A DNA stretch of 63,890 bases, the filler included, from Hausera hauseri (Eukaryota), in assembly GCA_046269625.1 (NCBI GenBank). It is 11 parts of 11 records of this genome, joined end to end, with 100 filler letters (N's around TTAATTAATTAA, not from the genome) between each part and the next. Parts side by side here need not be neighbours in the genome. Positions count along the whole stretch, not along the records: positions 30,057 to 38,046 come from JBJURY010832080.1; positions 38,147 to 42,204 come from JBJURY010788758.1; positions 42,305 to 48,721 come from JBJURY010102765.1; positions 48,822 to 54,097 come from JBJURY010293392.1; 7 more parts are not named here. One strand, given 5' to 3'. The notes under the pieces are model-generated. The model did not search any database and was not told the DNA's origin. It worked only from the letters and a program-made list of their open reading frames with translations. Positions 37,501 to 50,263 of this stretch are shown piece by piece. The translations under genes and the position numbers were made by a program. The first letter of the stretch is position 1, and every line of letters starts with the position of its first letter.

Positions 37501-38046
37501 GCTGTTATCCTGGTCATCATCAATGAAGAATGCTGGCTTGAGATCAGAGATATGTACATTATGAGGTTTGTTCTTGCGTAAAATAGTAGCGGTGTGAAAA
37601 CAAATATTTAGTAGTTTGTAAGGGCCAACGTATTAAGGCCGAAACCCAGACGGTGAAGGATCCTTCAGCCATACAAATATGGCTGAGTATATGTCTTCTG
37701 GAATATAAGATTTGCCTTTATTTAAAAGACGGCAAAAAGCGTTTAAGTTTACCTCTACAAAGTGGGACTGTGCTGCACGAATGGCTTCATCTGGTGGACT
37801 TTCATCCAGATTGGAAAGCTCAAATTGTGCACGAATTGGCGTCCCAAAGTAAGCTTCAGCCGGGGCACAACCTGTGGTAGTGGATGGCGTGTTGCGCCAA
37901 CCAAGTAGGACAAGAGGAAGAATCGAGGTCCAATTACGATTGTTGTTTGCCAGAATTTTTAAAGAAATCTTCATGGTGCGGTGAAATCTCTCAAGAAGGC
38001 CATTTGCTTGGGGATGATACGGCGTCGTATGGAAGTGGGCTATCCC
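34560..38046 (+). mobile_element. Mag-like Ty3/Gypsy element, copy C: UBL-Gag-PR-start of RT, then an inverted 3' end (37155-38046, minus strand)
   Basis: RLRGG|SDPNP, CFYHMRFRKEARKC, FLIDSGA, SPWASPLH, YRPCGNYRQLN. The minus-strand part matches 24430-25320. Confidence 0.93.
34860..35093 (+). other. Ubiquitin-like domain of 78 aa ending RLRGG, in frame with Gag
   Basis: LQLSFFIFNNN-QHITAIKAP-NSTAQLLYTFLSSSL-NFYFTHRG-ITVHPVDSLLSF-VIHLMLHFRLRGG. The GG codons are at 35088-35093. Confidence 0.82.
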
Positions 38047-38146
38047 NNNNNNNNNNNNNNNNNNNNNNNNNNNNNNNNNNNNNNNNNNNNTTAATTAATT
38101 AANNNNNNNNNNNNNNNNNNNNNNNNNNNNNNNNNNNNNNNNNNNN

Positions 38147-41100
38147 CTGCTCTCTGCTCTCTGCTCTCTGCTCTCTGCTCTCTGCTCTCTGCTCTCTGCT
38201 CTCTGCTCTCTGCTCTCTGCTCTCTGCTCTTTGCTCTCTGCTCTCTGCTCTCTGCTCTCTGCTCTTTGCTCTTTGCTTTTTACTCTCTGCTCTCTGCTCT
38301 CTGCTCTCTGCTCTCTGCTCTCTGCTCTCGGCTCTCTGCTCTCTGCTCTCTGCTCTCTGCTCTCTGCTCTCTGCTCTCTCCTCTTTGCTCCCTGCTCTCT
38401 GCTCTCTGCTCTCTGCTCTCTGCTCTCTGCTCTCTGCTCCATGCTCTTTGCTCTCTGCTCTCGGCTCTCTGCTCTCTGCTCTTTGCTCTCTAATCTCTAA
38501 TCTTTACTCTATGCTCTCTGCTCTCTATTTTATGCTGTCTACTCTCTACTCTCTGGTTTCTGTTCTCTGATCTCTGCTCTCTACTCTCTGCTGTCTACCC
38601 TCTGATCTTTAGTAGCTGCTCTTTGCTATCTGCTCTATACTCTCTATTCTCTGCTGTCTGCACTCTATTCTCTACTAGACGCTCCCTGCTCTCTGCTCTC
38701 TACTATCTGCTCCGTGCTCTATGCTCTCTGCTCTCTGCTCTCTTCTCTCTACTTTCTGCTGTCTGCTGTCTGCTTTCTGCTGTCTGCTCTACGCTCTATA
38801 GTTTCTGCTCTATGCTCCGTGTTCTGTGCTCTCTGACCGTTGCTCTCTGCTCTTTTCTACCTGCTCTATGCTCTCTGCTCTCTGCTCTACGCTCTCTAGT
38901 TTCTGCTTTATGTTCTCTGTTCTCTGCTCTCTGATAGTTACTGTCTGCTCTTTCCTCCCTGATATACGCTCCCTGCCCTCTGCTCTCTGCTTTCGGCTAA
39001 CTAATCTCTGCTCTCTGCCCTCTGCTCGATTTTCTCTGCCCTTAGCTCTGTGTTTCCTCTTGTTGCTCTCTGCTCTCTGCTCTCTTCTCTCTTCTCCCTG
39101 CTCCCTTCTTTGCACTATCCGCTTTCTACCCTCTAATCTCTACTAGCTGCTCTCTGCTCTCTACTCTCTAATATCTGGTCTTTACTCTCTGCTCTCTGCT
39201 CTGTGCTTTCTGCTCCCTGCCCTCTGCTCTCTGTTCTCTACTCTGTGCCTTCTACAATCTGATCTCTACTAGCTGCTTTTTAATATCTGCTCACGGTTGT
39301 TTGCTATCTGTTCTCTGTTCTCTGCTGTCTACTCTCTGCTCTGTACTCTCTACTATATGATCCAAGCTGCCTGATCTCTGCTGTCAGCTTTCTGCTTTCT
39401 GCTTTCTGTTCTCTGCTCTCCATGATCTGCTTTCTACTCTCCGCTCTCTACTCTCTACTCTCTACCCTATGATATCTACTAGTTTTTCTATGCTCTATTC
39501 CTTTTGATCTTTGCTCTCTATTCTTTGCTCTCTGCTATCTGCTCTCTGTTGTCGGCTCTCCGCTATCTACTCTCTGATCTCTGCTGTCTGCTCTCTGCTC
39601 TCTAATCTTTGCTCTCTGCTCTCTCCCCTGGGCTCCTTGGTTTCTACTCTCTGCTGTCTACCCTCTGATCTCTGCTAGGTGCTCTCTGCTCTCTGCTTTC
39701 TGTTTTTTGCTCCATTCTCTCTGTCCTTGCTCTGTGCTTTCACTTCCCTGTTCTCTGCTCTCTGATATCGGCTCCTCGCTCTCTGCCTTTTGCTCTGTGC
39801 TATCTGCTCTCTGCTCTCTGCTCCCTGCTCTCTGCTCTCTTCTCTCTGCTCTCTTCTCTCTGCTCTCTGCTCTCTGCTCTCTTCTCTCTGCTATCTGCTC
39901 CTCGCTCTATGCTCCTTAGACTCTGCCGTCTACTCTCTGCTTTATACTCTCGCTATATGCTCCAAGATCTCTGATCTCTGCTCTCAGCTTAGTGCTCTCT
40001 GCTACCTGCTTTTGTTCTCTGCTCTCCACTCTCTGCTCTCTACCATCTAATATCTACTAGTTGCTCTGATCAGTTCCCTCTGCTCTTTGCTCTCTACTCT
40101 CTGCTCTCTGCTCTCTACTCTCTGTTCGCTGCTTTGTGCTCACGGCTTTTTGCTCGTTAGACTCTGCCGTTTACTCTCTACTTTATACTCTCTACTATAT
40201 GCTCCAAGGTGTCTGATTTCTGCTCTCAGTTCAGTGCTTTATGATCTCTGCTGTCTTCTATCTGCTCCTTGCTCTCTGCTCTCTACTCTCTGCTCTTTAC
40301 TATTCGCTCTCTACCCTCTGATATCTACTAGTTGATCTCTGCTCTATTCCCTTTGCCCTTTGCTCTCTGCACGCTACTCTCTGCTCTTTTCTGTCTGCTG
40401 TCTGCTGTCTGAACTTTGCTGTATGCTCTCCGCTATCTACTATCTGATCTATGCTCCCTGCTCTCTGCTCTCTAATCTTTGCTCTCTGCTCTCTGCTCTC
40501 TGCCCTGTGCTCTCTGCTGTCTACTGCCTGCTCTCTAATCTCTGCTCTCTACTCTCTACTCTCTGCCCTGTGTCATATGCTTTTTATTCTCTCGTGTCTA
40601 CTCTCCGCTCTCTACTCTCTGGTCGCTGCTCTCTGCACCCTGCTATTTACTGTCTGCTGTCTACCCTCTGACCTCTTTTAGCTGCTGTCTGCTTTCTGCT
40701 GTCTAATCTGTGCTCTCTCGTCGCTGTTCTCTGCTCCCTGCTCTCTGTTTTTTTCTCACTGCTCTCTGCTCGCTGGTCTCTACTCTATTTTTCTGTTCTC
40801 TGCACTCTACTCTGTGCACTATGCTCTCTGCTTTCTGATCTTCACTCGCTGCTCTATACCTTCTTTTCTCTGCTCCCTGCTCTCAGCTATATGCTCCCTA
40901 CACTCTGCACTTTGCTCTCTCCTTTCTACTCTCTTTCCTCTGCTCTCTAGTCCCTTCATTCTCCTCTCTGCGCACTGCTCTCTGCTCTCTACCCTCTGCT
41001 CTCTACTCTCTTCTATACTTTCTGCTCTCTGCCCCCTGCTCTCTGATCTCGGCTCCGTAATTTCTGCTCTCTGCTCTCTCATCTCTCTTCTCTCTTTCCT

Positions 41101-41583
41101 CTGTACTCTGCTCTAGGCTCTCTAGTCTCTGCCGCATTCTCCCTGCTTTCTGCTCACTGCTCTCTTGTCTCTCTTTTCTATTCTCTACTCTCTGTTCTCT
41201 GTTCTCTAATCTCTGGTCTATACTTTCTGCACTCTGTTCCCTGCTCTCTGCTCTTTGCTCTCTGCTTTCTGCTCCCTACTCTCTGCTCTTTCCACTCTCC
41301 TCTCTGCTCTCTTTCCTCTGCTCTCTATTCTCTGCTCTCTGCTCTCCGCTCTCTGCTCTTTGCTCTCTGCTCTCTACTCTCTTCTCTATGCTTTCTGCTC
41401 TCTGCCCCTTGCTATCTTCTCTCTGCTCCTTACTCTTTACACTCTGCTCTCTCATCTCTGCTCTTTCATCTCTGCTCTCTTCTGTCTGCTGTCTGCTTTA
41501 TTCTCTCTACTCTCTGTTTTTTTCTCTCTGCTCTCTGCTCTCTACTGTCTACTCTCTGCTCTCTTCTATCTGCTCTCTGCTCA
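38147..41583. repeat. (CTCTGCT)n heptamer microsatellite, near-perfect at the left end and degenerate further in
   Basis: Directly visible. It generates the spurious SREQRAE and LSALCSL ORFs. Confidence 0.97.
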
Positions 41584-42029
41584 CATGAATAAGTATTGAT
41601 AAATATAAAACTCTGATGTAATTTCTGGGGCCGAAGACTGTTTTTTTATCTACTCATCACTCGAATTTATTTTTTGAAATACAAAAAAATTTATTTAATT
41701 TAACTATAATATTAATCTTGTAAGTACCATGGGGCATCTTCATAACTGCAGTGTGTTGTCAGTTTAATTGGCATTGTCCCAATCCTTATGACCTTTTCCC
41801 TAATGATGATTTCTACATGCAGACAAAGGAGTGTGGAATATAAGTCACACTAAAGACCATAGTGTCTCTCCCAACCCCATGGTACATTTCTCTATTTGAT
41901 GTCTATACTTAATGTATATATGTCTATATACTTTAATATTTTTATTATTGATTCATATTATTTCATATACTTTCTGTTGCATTCACTCGTAATAGTAACA
42001 TGTATGATTGATGTAATCATGCAGGCAAG

Positions 42030-42204
42030 ATGTCAGTTAGACGTCGTAGAATGGCTGTATCTGAAGCCTTGAAGATTATTTCGATGCCAGATAGTTCAGA
42101 CGACAATGACGACATTGTCGACGGAGATGAATCCAATGACGAATACTACATCGCAGAGCAGAATAAAAACGTTGATGATGCCATAGATGTCAAAAACAAT
42201 ATCA
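42030..42204 (+). pseudogene. Possible piggyBac-type transposase N-terminus
   Basis: MSVRRRRMAVSEALKII followed by an acidic D/E tract, typical of PGBD N-termini. No catalytic domain is visible. Confidence 0.35.
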
Positions 42205-42749
42205 NNNNNNNNNNNNNNNNNNNNNNNNNNNNNNNNNNNNNNNNNNNNTTAATTAATTAANNNNNNNNNNNNNNNNNNNNNNNNNNNNNNNNNNNNNNNN
42301 NNNNGGGGAAATTTTACCCATTTGAAATTTTCCCATTGATTTTTCCCCATGTTCCCATGGTCTGACGGAGTTGCAACAGTGTCCATTGTAATCGCCAACA
42401 TCGATTTACCCTTTGTACGCATTTTCTCAGCGCTAACAGCATGTGTCTCGTTACGCGAGGCGCATTTCCTGTTTTGCTTCTGCCTCTTCTAGCGTCTCTC
42501 CCTTACATTTCTCAAAGCCGCGCCGCTATTAACTTTTGCTCACCTCGTCACGGGCTATCGATATCACCTGGTCCGAACCTCTTCACTCGACCTCATTTTC
42601 TGCGGGGCGGGGTCTCCGACTATTTTTAGCGAAATGTTCAGAATAGCCAATCAGGTGGGGAAAACTGGTCGCCGGACCAATCAAAGCTTGTTTTGATAAG
42701 TGGTTTTGAGCTGACACTTCTACCTACTTCAGTGGGGTAAGTTGTGTCA

Positions 42750-45700
42750 CAAAAATTTTTGGATTTACTTAGTTCCGGACACTTGCATATTTCTACTCAC
42801 CTCAGTGAGTTGAGACGAAAAAAATTTTGTACCGACCTAGTTCCGGACACCTGCATACTTGGACTCAGCGAGGTGTGTTGGGCTGGAAAAATATTTGGAC
42901 TGACCTAGTTTCGGACACATGCATATTTGCAGTCAACGACACGAATTGAGCGAAAAAAAATTTTGGACTTATCTACTTCCGGACACTTGCATATTTGGAC
43001 ACAGCGACGTGAGTTCAGTCGAAAAACTTTTTGGCCTGACCTAGTTCCGGACATATGCATTCTTTGACTCAGCGGGTTGAGTTGGGTCGGAAACATTTTG
43101 GACTGACCTAGTTCCGGGCACCTACATATTTGCAATCAACGCCATGAATTGAGCCGAAAAAAATTTTGGACTTACTTAGTTCCAGGCTTTTGCATATATG
43201 GACTCAGCGAGGTTAGTTGGGTCGGAAAAATTTTTGGACTGATGTAATTCAGGAGAGCTGGATATGTGGGCTCAGCGAGGTGAGTTATGTAGGGAAAAAC
43301 TTTTGAATGACATAGTTCCGGACACCTACATATTTGCAGTCAACGCCATGAAATGAGCCGAAAAAAATTTGACTTATCTAGTTCCAGACTCCTGCATATG
43401 TGGACTCAGCGGGTTGAGTTGGGTCGGAAACATTTTGGACTACTAGCTCCGGACAACTGCATATTTGGACTCACCGGAATGAGTTGAGGCGAAAAAAATT
43501 TTGAACTGACCTAGTTCCGGACACCTACATATTTGCAGTCAACGCCACGTATTGAGCCGAAGAAAATTTTGGACTTATCTAGTTCAGTACACCCGCATAT
43601 TTGGACTCAGCGAGATGAGTTGTGTTTGAAATATTTTTGCATTTACCTCGTTCCGGGCACCTGCATATTTGGAATCACCGCAATGAGTTGAGCCGAATAA
43701 AACTTCGGGCACACCTAGTTCCGGACACCTCCATATTTGGAATCACCGCAATGAGTTGAGCCGAATAAAACTTCGGACACACCTAGTTCCGGACACCTGC
43801 ATATTTGTACCCAGCGAGGTTAGTTGGCACGGAAACATTTTGGAATGACCTAGTTCCGGACACCTGCATATTTGGACTGACCGCAATAAGTTGCGCCGAA
43901 AAAAAATTTGGACATTTCTAGTACCGGCCATCTACTCATTTGGATTCAGCAAGGTGAGTTTCGCCTGAAAATTTTTGGACTGACCTAGTTCCAGACACCT
44001 GCATAATTGCACTCGCGGCTATGATTTCAGTCGAAAAAAATTTTGGACTGACATAGTTCCGGCCACCTGCATATTTGCAATCACCGCAATGAGTTGAGCC
44101 GAATAAAACTTCGGACTCACCTAGTTCCGGAGTCCTGCATATTTGGACTCAGAGAGGTGAGTTGGGTCGGAAAAATATTTGGACTGACCTAGTTCCGGAC
44201 ACCTGCATATTTGGAATCACCGCAATGAGTTGAGCCCAATAAAACTTCGGACTCACCTAGTTCCGGACACCTGCATATTGGGATTCAGCGAGATGATTTG
44301 GGACGGAATCATTTTGTACTTACATATTTCCGGACACCTGCTTATTTGGATTGACCCTCGTGATTTGAGCCGAGAACAATTTTGGACTTATCTAGTTCCG
44401 GACATCTGCATATTTGGATTCAGCGAGGTGCGTTGGGTCGAAAAAGGTTTTGGACTGACCTAGTTCCGGACAGTTGAATATTTGGACTCGCAGCAATGAG
44501 TTGAGCCGAATAAAACTTTCGACTGTCCTAGTTCCGGACACTTGCATATTTGCACTCACAACAATGAGTTGAGCTGAAAAGAATTTTTGACTTATCTAGT
44601 TCCGGACCCTGCATTATTGGATTCAGCAAGCTGACTTGGGTCGGAAAATTTTTGTACTGAGCCAGTTCCGGACACTGGCATATTTAGACTCACAGTACTG
44701 ATTTCAGCCAAAAAATATTTTGGATTTATATAGTTCCGGACATTTGCATATTTGGACTCAGCGAGGTGAGTTGGGTAGGAAAAATTTTGGGCTGACCTAG
44801 TTCCCGACACCTGAATATTTGGATTCAGAGCAATGAGTTGAGTCGAAAAAATTTTGGACTCACATTGTTCCGGACACTTGCATACATGTACCCAGCGAGG
44901 TTAGTTGGGATGCAAAAATTTTGGACTGACCTAGTTCCGGACACATGCATATTTGGATTCTGCGCAATTATTTGAGTCGAAAAATTTTGGACTGACCTAG
45001 TTCCGGACACCTGCATATTTGGATTAAACGCAATGTGTTGAGTCAAAAAAATTTTGGACTGTCCGGAACTAGGTCATTCCAAAATTTTTCCGACCAAACT
45101 CACCTCGATGAGCTTAAATGTGCAGGCGTCCAGAACTAGGTCCGTCCAAAACTTTTTCGGTCAAACTCATTGCGGTGAGACCAAATATGCAGGTGTCCAG
45201 AACCAGGTCAGTCCAAAAATTTTTGCGGCTGAAGTCTGCGGTGAGAATAAATGTTTACGTCCCAAATAACCTCGCTGAGTACAAATATGCAGGTGTCCGG
45301 AACTAGGTCAATGGAAAATTTTTTCAGACCCATCTCACCTCGCTGAGTCCAAATATGCAGGTGTCCGGAACTAGAGCAGTCCAAAATTTTATTCGCCTCA
45401 ATTTATTGCGGTTATTCCAATTATGCAGGTGTCCTGAACTAGGTCAGTTCAAAAATTTTTCAGACCAAACTCACTTCTCTGAAATTTTTGTCTCACCTAG
45501 TTCCGGACACCTGCATATTTGTACCCAGCGAGGTTAGTTGGGACGCAAACATTTTGGACTGACCTAATCCCGGACACTTGCATATTTATACTCACCGCAA
45601 TGAGTTCAGCCGCAAAAAATTTTTGACTGACCTAGTTCCGGGTACCTGCATATTTGAACTCAGCGAGGTGAGATGTGTCTGAAAATTTTTGCTTTGACCT

Positions 45701-48050
45701 AGTTCCGGACACCTGCATATTTTTACCCTGCGAAAATAATTGGGACGCAAACATTTTTGACGACCTTGTTCTGGACACTTGCATATTTGTACACACCGCA
45801 GTGAGTTTAAACGAAAAAAATTTTTGAAGGACCTAGTTCCGGACACCTGCATATTTGGAATTACCGCCGTGAGTTGAGGCGAAAAAAAATTGCACTTATG
45901 TAGTTCCGGAAACCTGCATATTTGAATTTACGCAATGAGTTGAGCCCAAGTATATTTTAAACTAATCTAGTACCGTACGCATGCACATTTGTATTCAGAA
46001 AGGTGAGTTTGCCCCGAAAAATTTTTGGACTGAGCTAGTTCCGGGCACCTGCATATTTGGATACAGTGATGTGAGTTGGGACGGAATAATTTTCGACTTA
46101 CATAGTTCCGGACACCTGCATATTTGAATCCAACGCAATTAGTTGAGTCGAAAAAAATTTTGGACTGATCTAGTTACGGTCAGCTGCATATTTGAATTTA
46201 CCGCAATTACTTGAGCCCAAGAACATTTTGAACTTATGTAGTACTGTACACATGCACATTTGGATTCAGAAAGGTGAGTATGGCCGGAAAAAATTTTGGA
46301 CTGACCTTCTTCCGGACACCTGCATATTTATACTCAAGGCAATGAGTTCAGCCGCAAAAGATTTTTGACTGACGTAGTTCCTGACACCTGCATATTAAGA
46401 TTCAGCAAGGTGAGTTGTGTCGGAAAAATTTTTGGACTGACCTAGTTCCGGACACCTACATATTTGGACTGAACGCAGTAACTTGATTCCAAAAAATATT
46501 TGGACTGACAGTGCCGGACACCTGCATATTTGGACTCAGTGAGGTGAGTTGAGTCGAAAATATTTTTCGACTGGGCTAGTTCCGGACACCTGCATATTTG
46601 TACCCAGCGAGGTTAGTTGGGACGGAAACATTTTGGACTGACTTAGTTCCGGACACCTGCACATTTGAATCACGACAATGAGGTGAGTCGAATGAAATTT
46701 CGGACTGACCTAGTTTCGGACACCTGCATATTTAGACTCAGCGAGGTGAGTAGAGTCAAAAAATTCTTGGACTCACCTAGTTCCGGACACCTGCATATTT
46801 CGACTCACCACAATGAGTTAAGCCGAAAAATATTTTGGGCTGATCTAGTTCCGCACACCTGCATATTTGAACTCAGCGAGGTAAGTTGGTTCGGAAAAAT
46901 TTTGGACAGACCTAGTTCCTGACACCTGCATATTTGGACTCACCGCAAAAATGTGAGTCAAAAAAAATTTTGGACTGACCTAGTTCCGGAAACCTGCATA
47001 TTTGGCCGCGGCGCAATGAGTTGATTCCAAAAATATTTGGACTGACATAGTTCCGAACACCTGCATATGTGGACTCAGCGAGGTGAGTTTGGTCAGAAAA
47101 ATTTTTGGACTGACCTAGTTCCGGAAACCTGCATATTTGGAATCTCAAAAATGCTTTGAGCCGAATAAAATTTCGGACTGACCTAGTTCTGGACACTTGC
47201 ATATTTTGACTCGACGCAAAGAGTTGATTGCAAAAAATATTTGAACGGACATAGTTCCTGACACCTGCATATTTGGACTCAGCGAAATAAGTTTGGTGGG
47301 AAAAATTTTTGGACTTACCTAGTTTCGGGTACCTGCATATTTGGATTCAGCAGGGTTATTTGGGTCGGAAACATTTTGGATTCACGTAGTTCCGGACACC
47401 TGCATATTTCGACTCACCGCAATAAGTTGGGCCGAAACAAATTTTGGACCGATCTAGTTCCGGACACCTACATATGTGGACTCAGCCAGGTGAGTTTGAT
47501 CGGAAAAATTTTTGGACAGACCTTGTTCCGGACACCTGCATATTTGGCCTCGGCGCAATGAGTTGATTCCAAAAATATTTGAACTGACATAGTTCCGAAC
47601 ACCCGCATATGTGGACTCAGCGAGGTGAGTTTGGTCAGAAAAATTTTTGGACTGACCTAATTCCGGACACCTGCATATTCTGACACAGAGCAGTGAGTTG
47701 GTTCGAAAAATATTTGAATTGACCTAGTTCCATACACCTGCATATTTGGACTCAGCGAGGTGAGTAGAGTCGAAAAAATTCTTGGACTGACCTAGTTCCG
47801 GATACCTGCATATTTTGACTCACCGCAATGTGTTGGGCCGAAAAAAATTTTGGTTTGTTCTACTACGGGACTGCTGCATATTTGGACTCAGCGAGGTGAG
47901 TTGGGACGGAAAAATTTTGGATTAACCTTGTTCCGGACCCCTGCATATTTGGACTCACCTCAACTAGTTGAGTAGGGAAGAAATTTGTTCTGACCCAGCC
48001 CAGTTCCGGGCATCTGCATATTCGGACTCAGCGCAATGAGTTGAGCAACA
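42750..48050. repeat. Satellite with a 68-bp monomer and mostly alternating A/B subtypes (136-bp higher-order unit); internal inversion at 45061-45482
   Basis: The core GGACTGACCTAGTTCCGGACACCTGCATATTTGG recurs every ~68 bp (its AGTT at 42771, 42839, 42907). Confidence 0.96.
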
Positions 48051-49219
48051 AAATTCAATTATAATTCCAGTTTTGCAACCTATAAAAGAAGAAAATAACG
48101 CAAAGAAGATGCCGGAAAAGTTTTATACAGCTAAAGAACTTGATGAAAACATATAACGAAAATTGATATACCATTTCCCACTCGTTAACAACATTTTATT
48201 ATTCAATGACAATAATAAGTTGAAGGTTACAAAAGAAGTTTTGGTTTCTCAACCTCAAACTTATGCTCTTAAATAAATGTAAATAGAGTGTGAGGTTTCT
48301 CCTTCCTCCTAGACTCGAAATCTCTATTTAGTCTTAAAGCAACTTGTGGGGTCTGCTTGATGGTTTTTAATTGACCTTAGTGAGTGCCGATCACTAGGAG
48401 ACGCACTAGTGTCGTTCCACTTACTTAAATGAATTTAGACACCGGTTCAGAAAAAGAGGTCCCTTTTAGGTATTAATAATCCTTACTATAGGAAAATTAT
48501 TACTTCGATTACGGCAATAAAAGAGGAATGATATAATAAAAGGTTTAATAAGATCAAGGAAATACAAATGATACTATATGTATACCAAAGTTATAGAAAA
48601 AATAACAATAATCAAAAAGCGTACAATTAAAGTGGTGATACATGCTTGTGATTCAGGTGTAATATATTGTCATAGGTTCGAGTAATACACTGGTTTATAT
48701 AGTGGTTCAGTGATCGTATATNNNNNNNNNNNNNNNNNNNNNNNNNNNNNNNNNNNNNNNNNNNNTTAATTAATTAANNNNNNNNNNNNNNNNNNNNNNN
48801 NNNNNNNNNNNNNNNNNNNNNTTTCTGACCTCTTACTTCATACCCAAATGAAACTAATGAAAAAACTTGAATTTGAATATATTATTAAGGTTAAGCCACA
48901 TAAAGCATGATATCAATATTTTTCATTTTTATTTTTGGAATTACTTAGCGGCATTATCATTCAAACTCAATGAATAAACCAATGAAATCCGCTGAATCTC
49001 TACTGCAGACTTACGTAAGTTTAATTATGAAATTTGAAAATATCGATTTGATTAGATTTGAATTCAAAGTTTAATGTTTGAAAATCTCGTTAAATATTAA
49101 CAAATTTATATATTTAAATTGGTGCAATAGTTGATTAAAAATGTCTTATGTACAGGATGAATAAATGGTGCAATACCATAGTGTTAAAAAATGAAACACG
49201 ATAAAAAAGAGGATTTACT

Positions 49220-50263
49220 CTACAGATCAGTAAAGGAGACCATGTAAGGACTGAGTAAACAGATGTCCTTCCTGTTCCTTACCAAAAAATCATATTGGCT
49301 ATATCCCAAATGGGTAAACAAATGTACAACAACAGCACCCTTCACCACAGCATCATGATTCTTCATGTAGACATCCAGTTGATCACAGCCCCTCTTCTGC
49401 CAGTATCCTATTGGTACAGCACACAATTTCGACAAATCTTCGTCAATCATTGGTGAAAATAATGACGATGGACCCAACTGAATTTTTTTTTTCGGATTTT
49501 TTCTATCTTGCATTGACAATGATGCATTGTAATGGACCAGCAAATCCGTTAATCTGAATGGACCTGTATGATCCAATATCTGTTCAAATGTCTCTGGTCC
49601 TTGTTGATCAATAAGCAGTTTGAAGAAGTCATGATGAGCAACACAGGCCATCAAACTATTCATAGCGAGAAACTCGCGATTACGCAGAATTTGGACCTTC
49701 ACATCAACATCGGTACTGAGAACACAAGAGAACTTATCCATGACAACGTGAAATGGTATTTGACACCGTGTATCCATGTCCATATAAATACCACCAAATT
49801 GGTATAAAATGAAATTTCTCATGACATCTGATCGTTTGAGTTTTTCTGAAATGCGATTAATGTACGTCAAGACGATTGCAGCCTTGTGCGGGAAATACTT
49901 GCTGATGACTCGGTAGGCAGTTTGGTCAGTCCAGAATATGACAATCATATCGTCGTTTATTTTTATACAGGTCTCAATGGATCTCCAATATTCCATGGGG
50001 ACTCCTCGGTCTTTGTACATGATATGGATGATTTTCGGTATACCATTTGCGAAATGAGAAATATCGATTACTTTAATGTCGTCAGGGTATTTGAATTCCT
50101 GACAGATCCCAATGATTGATGATGTTGATCGATTTTTGATAGTATTTGAATGAAATAACACATTAATGTTAATAGTCTCAGTGTAATGGATAACAAATAT
50201 TACTACACCACATAACAGAATGAGCACAATCAATGAGGACTGTACATAAGTCCATGAAATCAT
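49220..50263 (-). CDS. GT32-family glycosyltransferase (DXD sugar-binding; OCH1/MIPC-synthase-like), type II membrane, intronless
   Basis: N-terminal TM, IPKIIH, FWTD, RSDVMRNFILYQFGGIYMDMD, NSLMAC...HDFF, TGP. Intact 347-aa ORF. Confidence 0.9.
   Translation of the reverse strand: MISWTYVQSSLIVLILLCGVVIFVIHYTETININVLFHSNTIKNRSTSSIIGICQEFKYPDDIKVIDISHFANGIPKIIHIMYKDRGVPMEYWRSIETCIKINDDMIVIFWTDQTAYRVISKYFPHKAAIVLTYINRISEKLKRSDVMRNFILYQFGGIYMDMDTRCQIPFHVVMDKFSCVLSTDVDVKVQILRNREFLAMNSLMACVAHHDFFKLLIDQQGPETFEQILDHTGPFRLTDLLVHYNASLSMQDRKNPKKKIQLGPSSLFSPMIDEDLSKLCAVPIGYWQKRGCDQLDVYMKNHDAVVKGAVVVHLFTHLGYSQYDFLVRNRKDICLLSPYMVSFTDL

Noticed and set aside
38095-41599. SREQRAE and LSALCSL repeat proteins, and ORFs inside the 68-bp satellite
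   Set aside because: They are translations of simple repeats.
42750-48050. CRISPR-like repeat/spacer pattern (constant ~34 bp plus variable ~34 bp)
   Set aside because: The 'spacers' are homologous to each other in two alternating types, there are no cas genes, and the context is eukaryotic. It is a satellite.
42750-48050. Hammerhead ribozyme in the satellite monomer
   Set aside because: CTGACCTAG does not match the CUGAnGA core, and I saw no consistent three-stem pairing.
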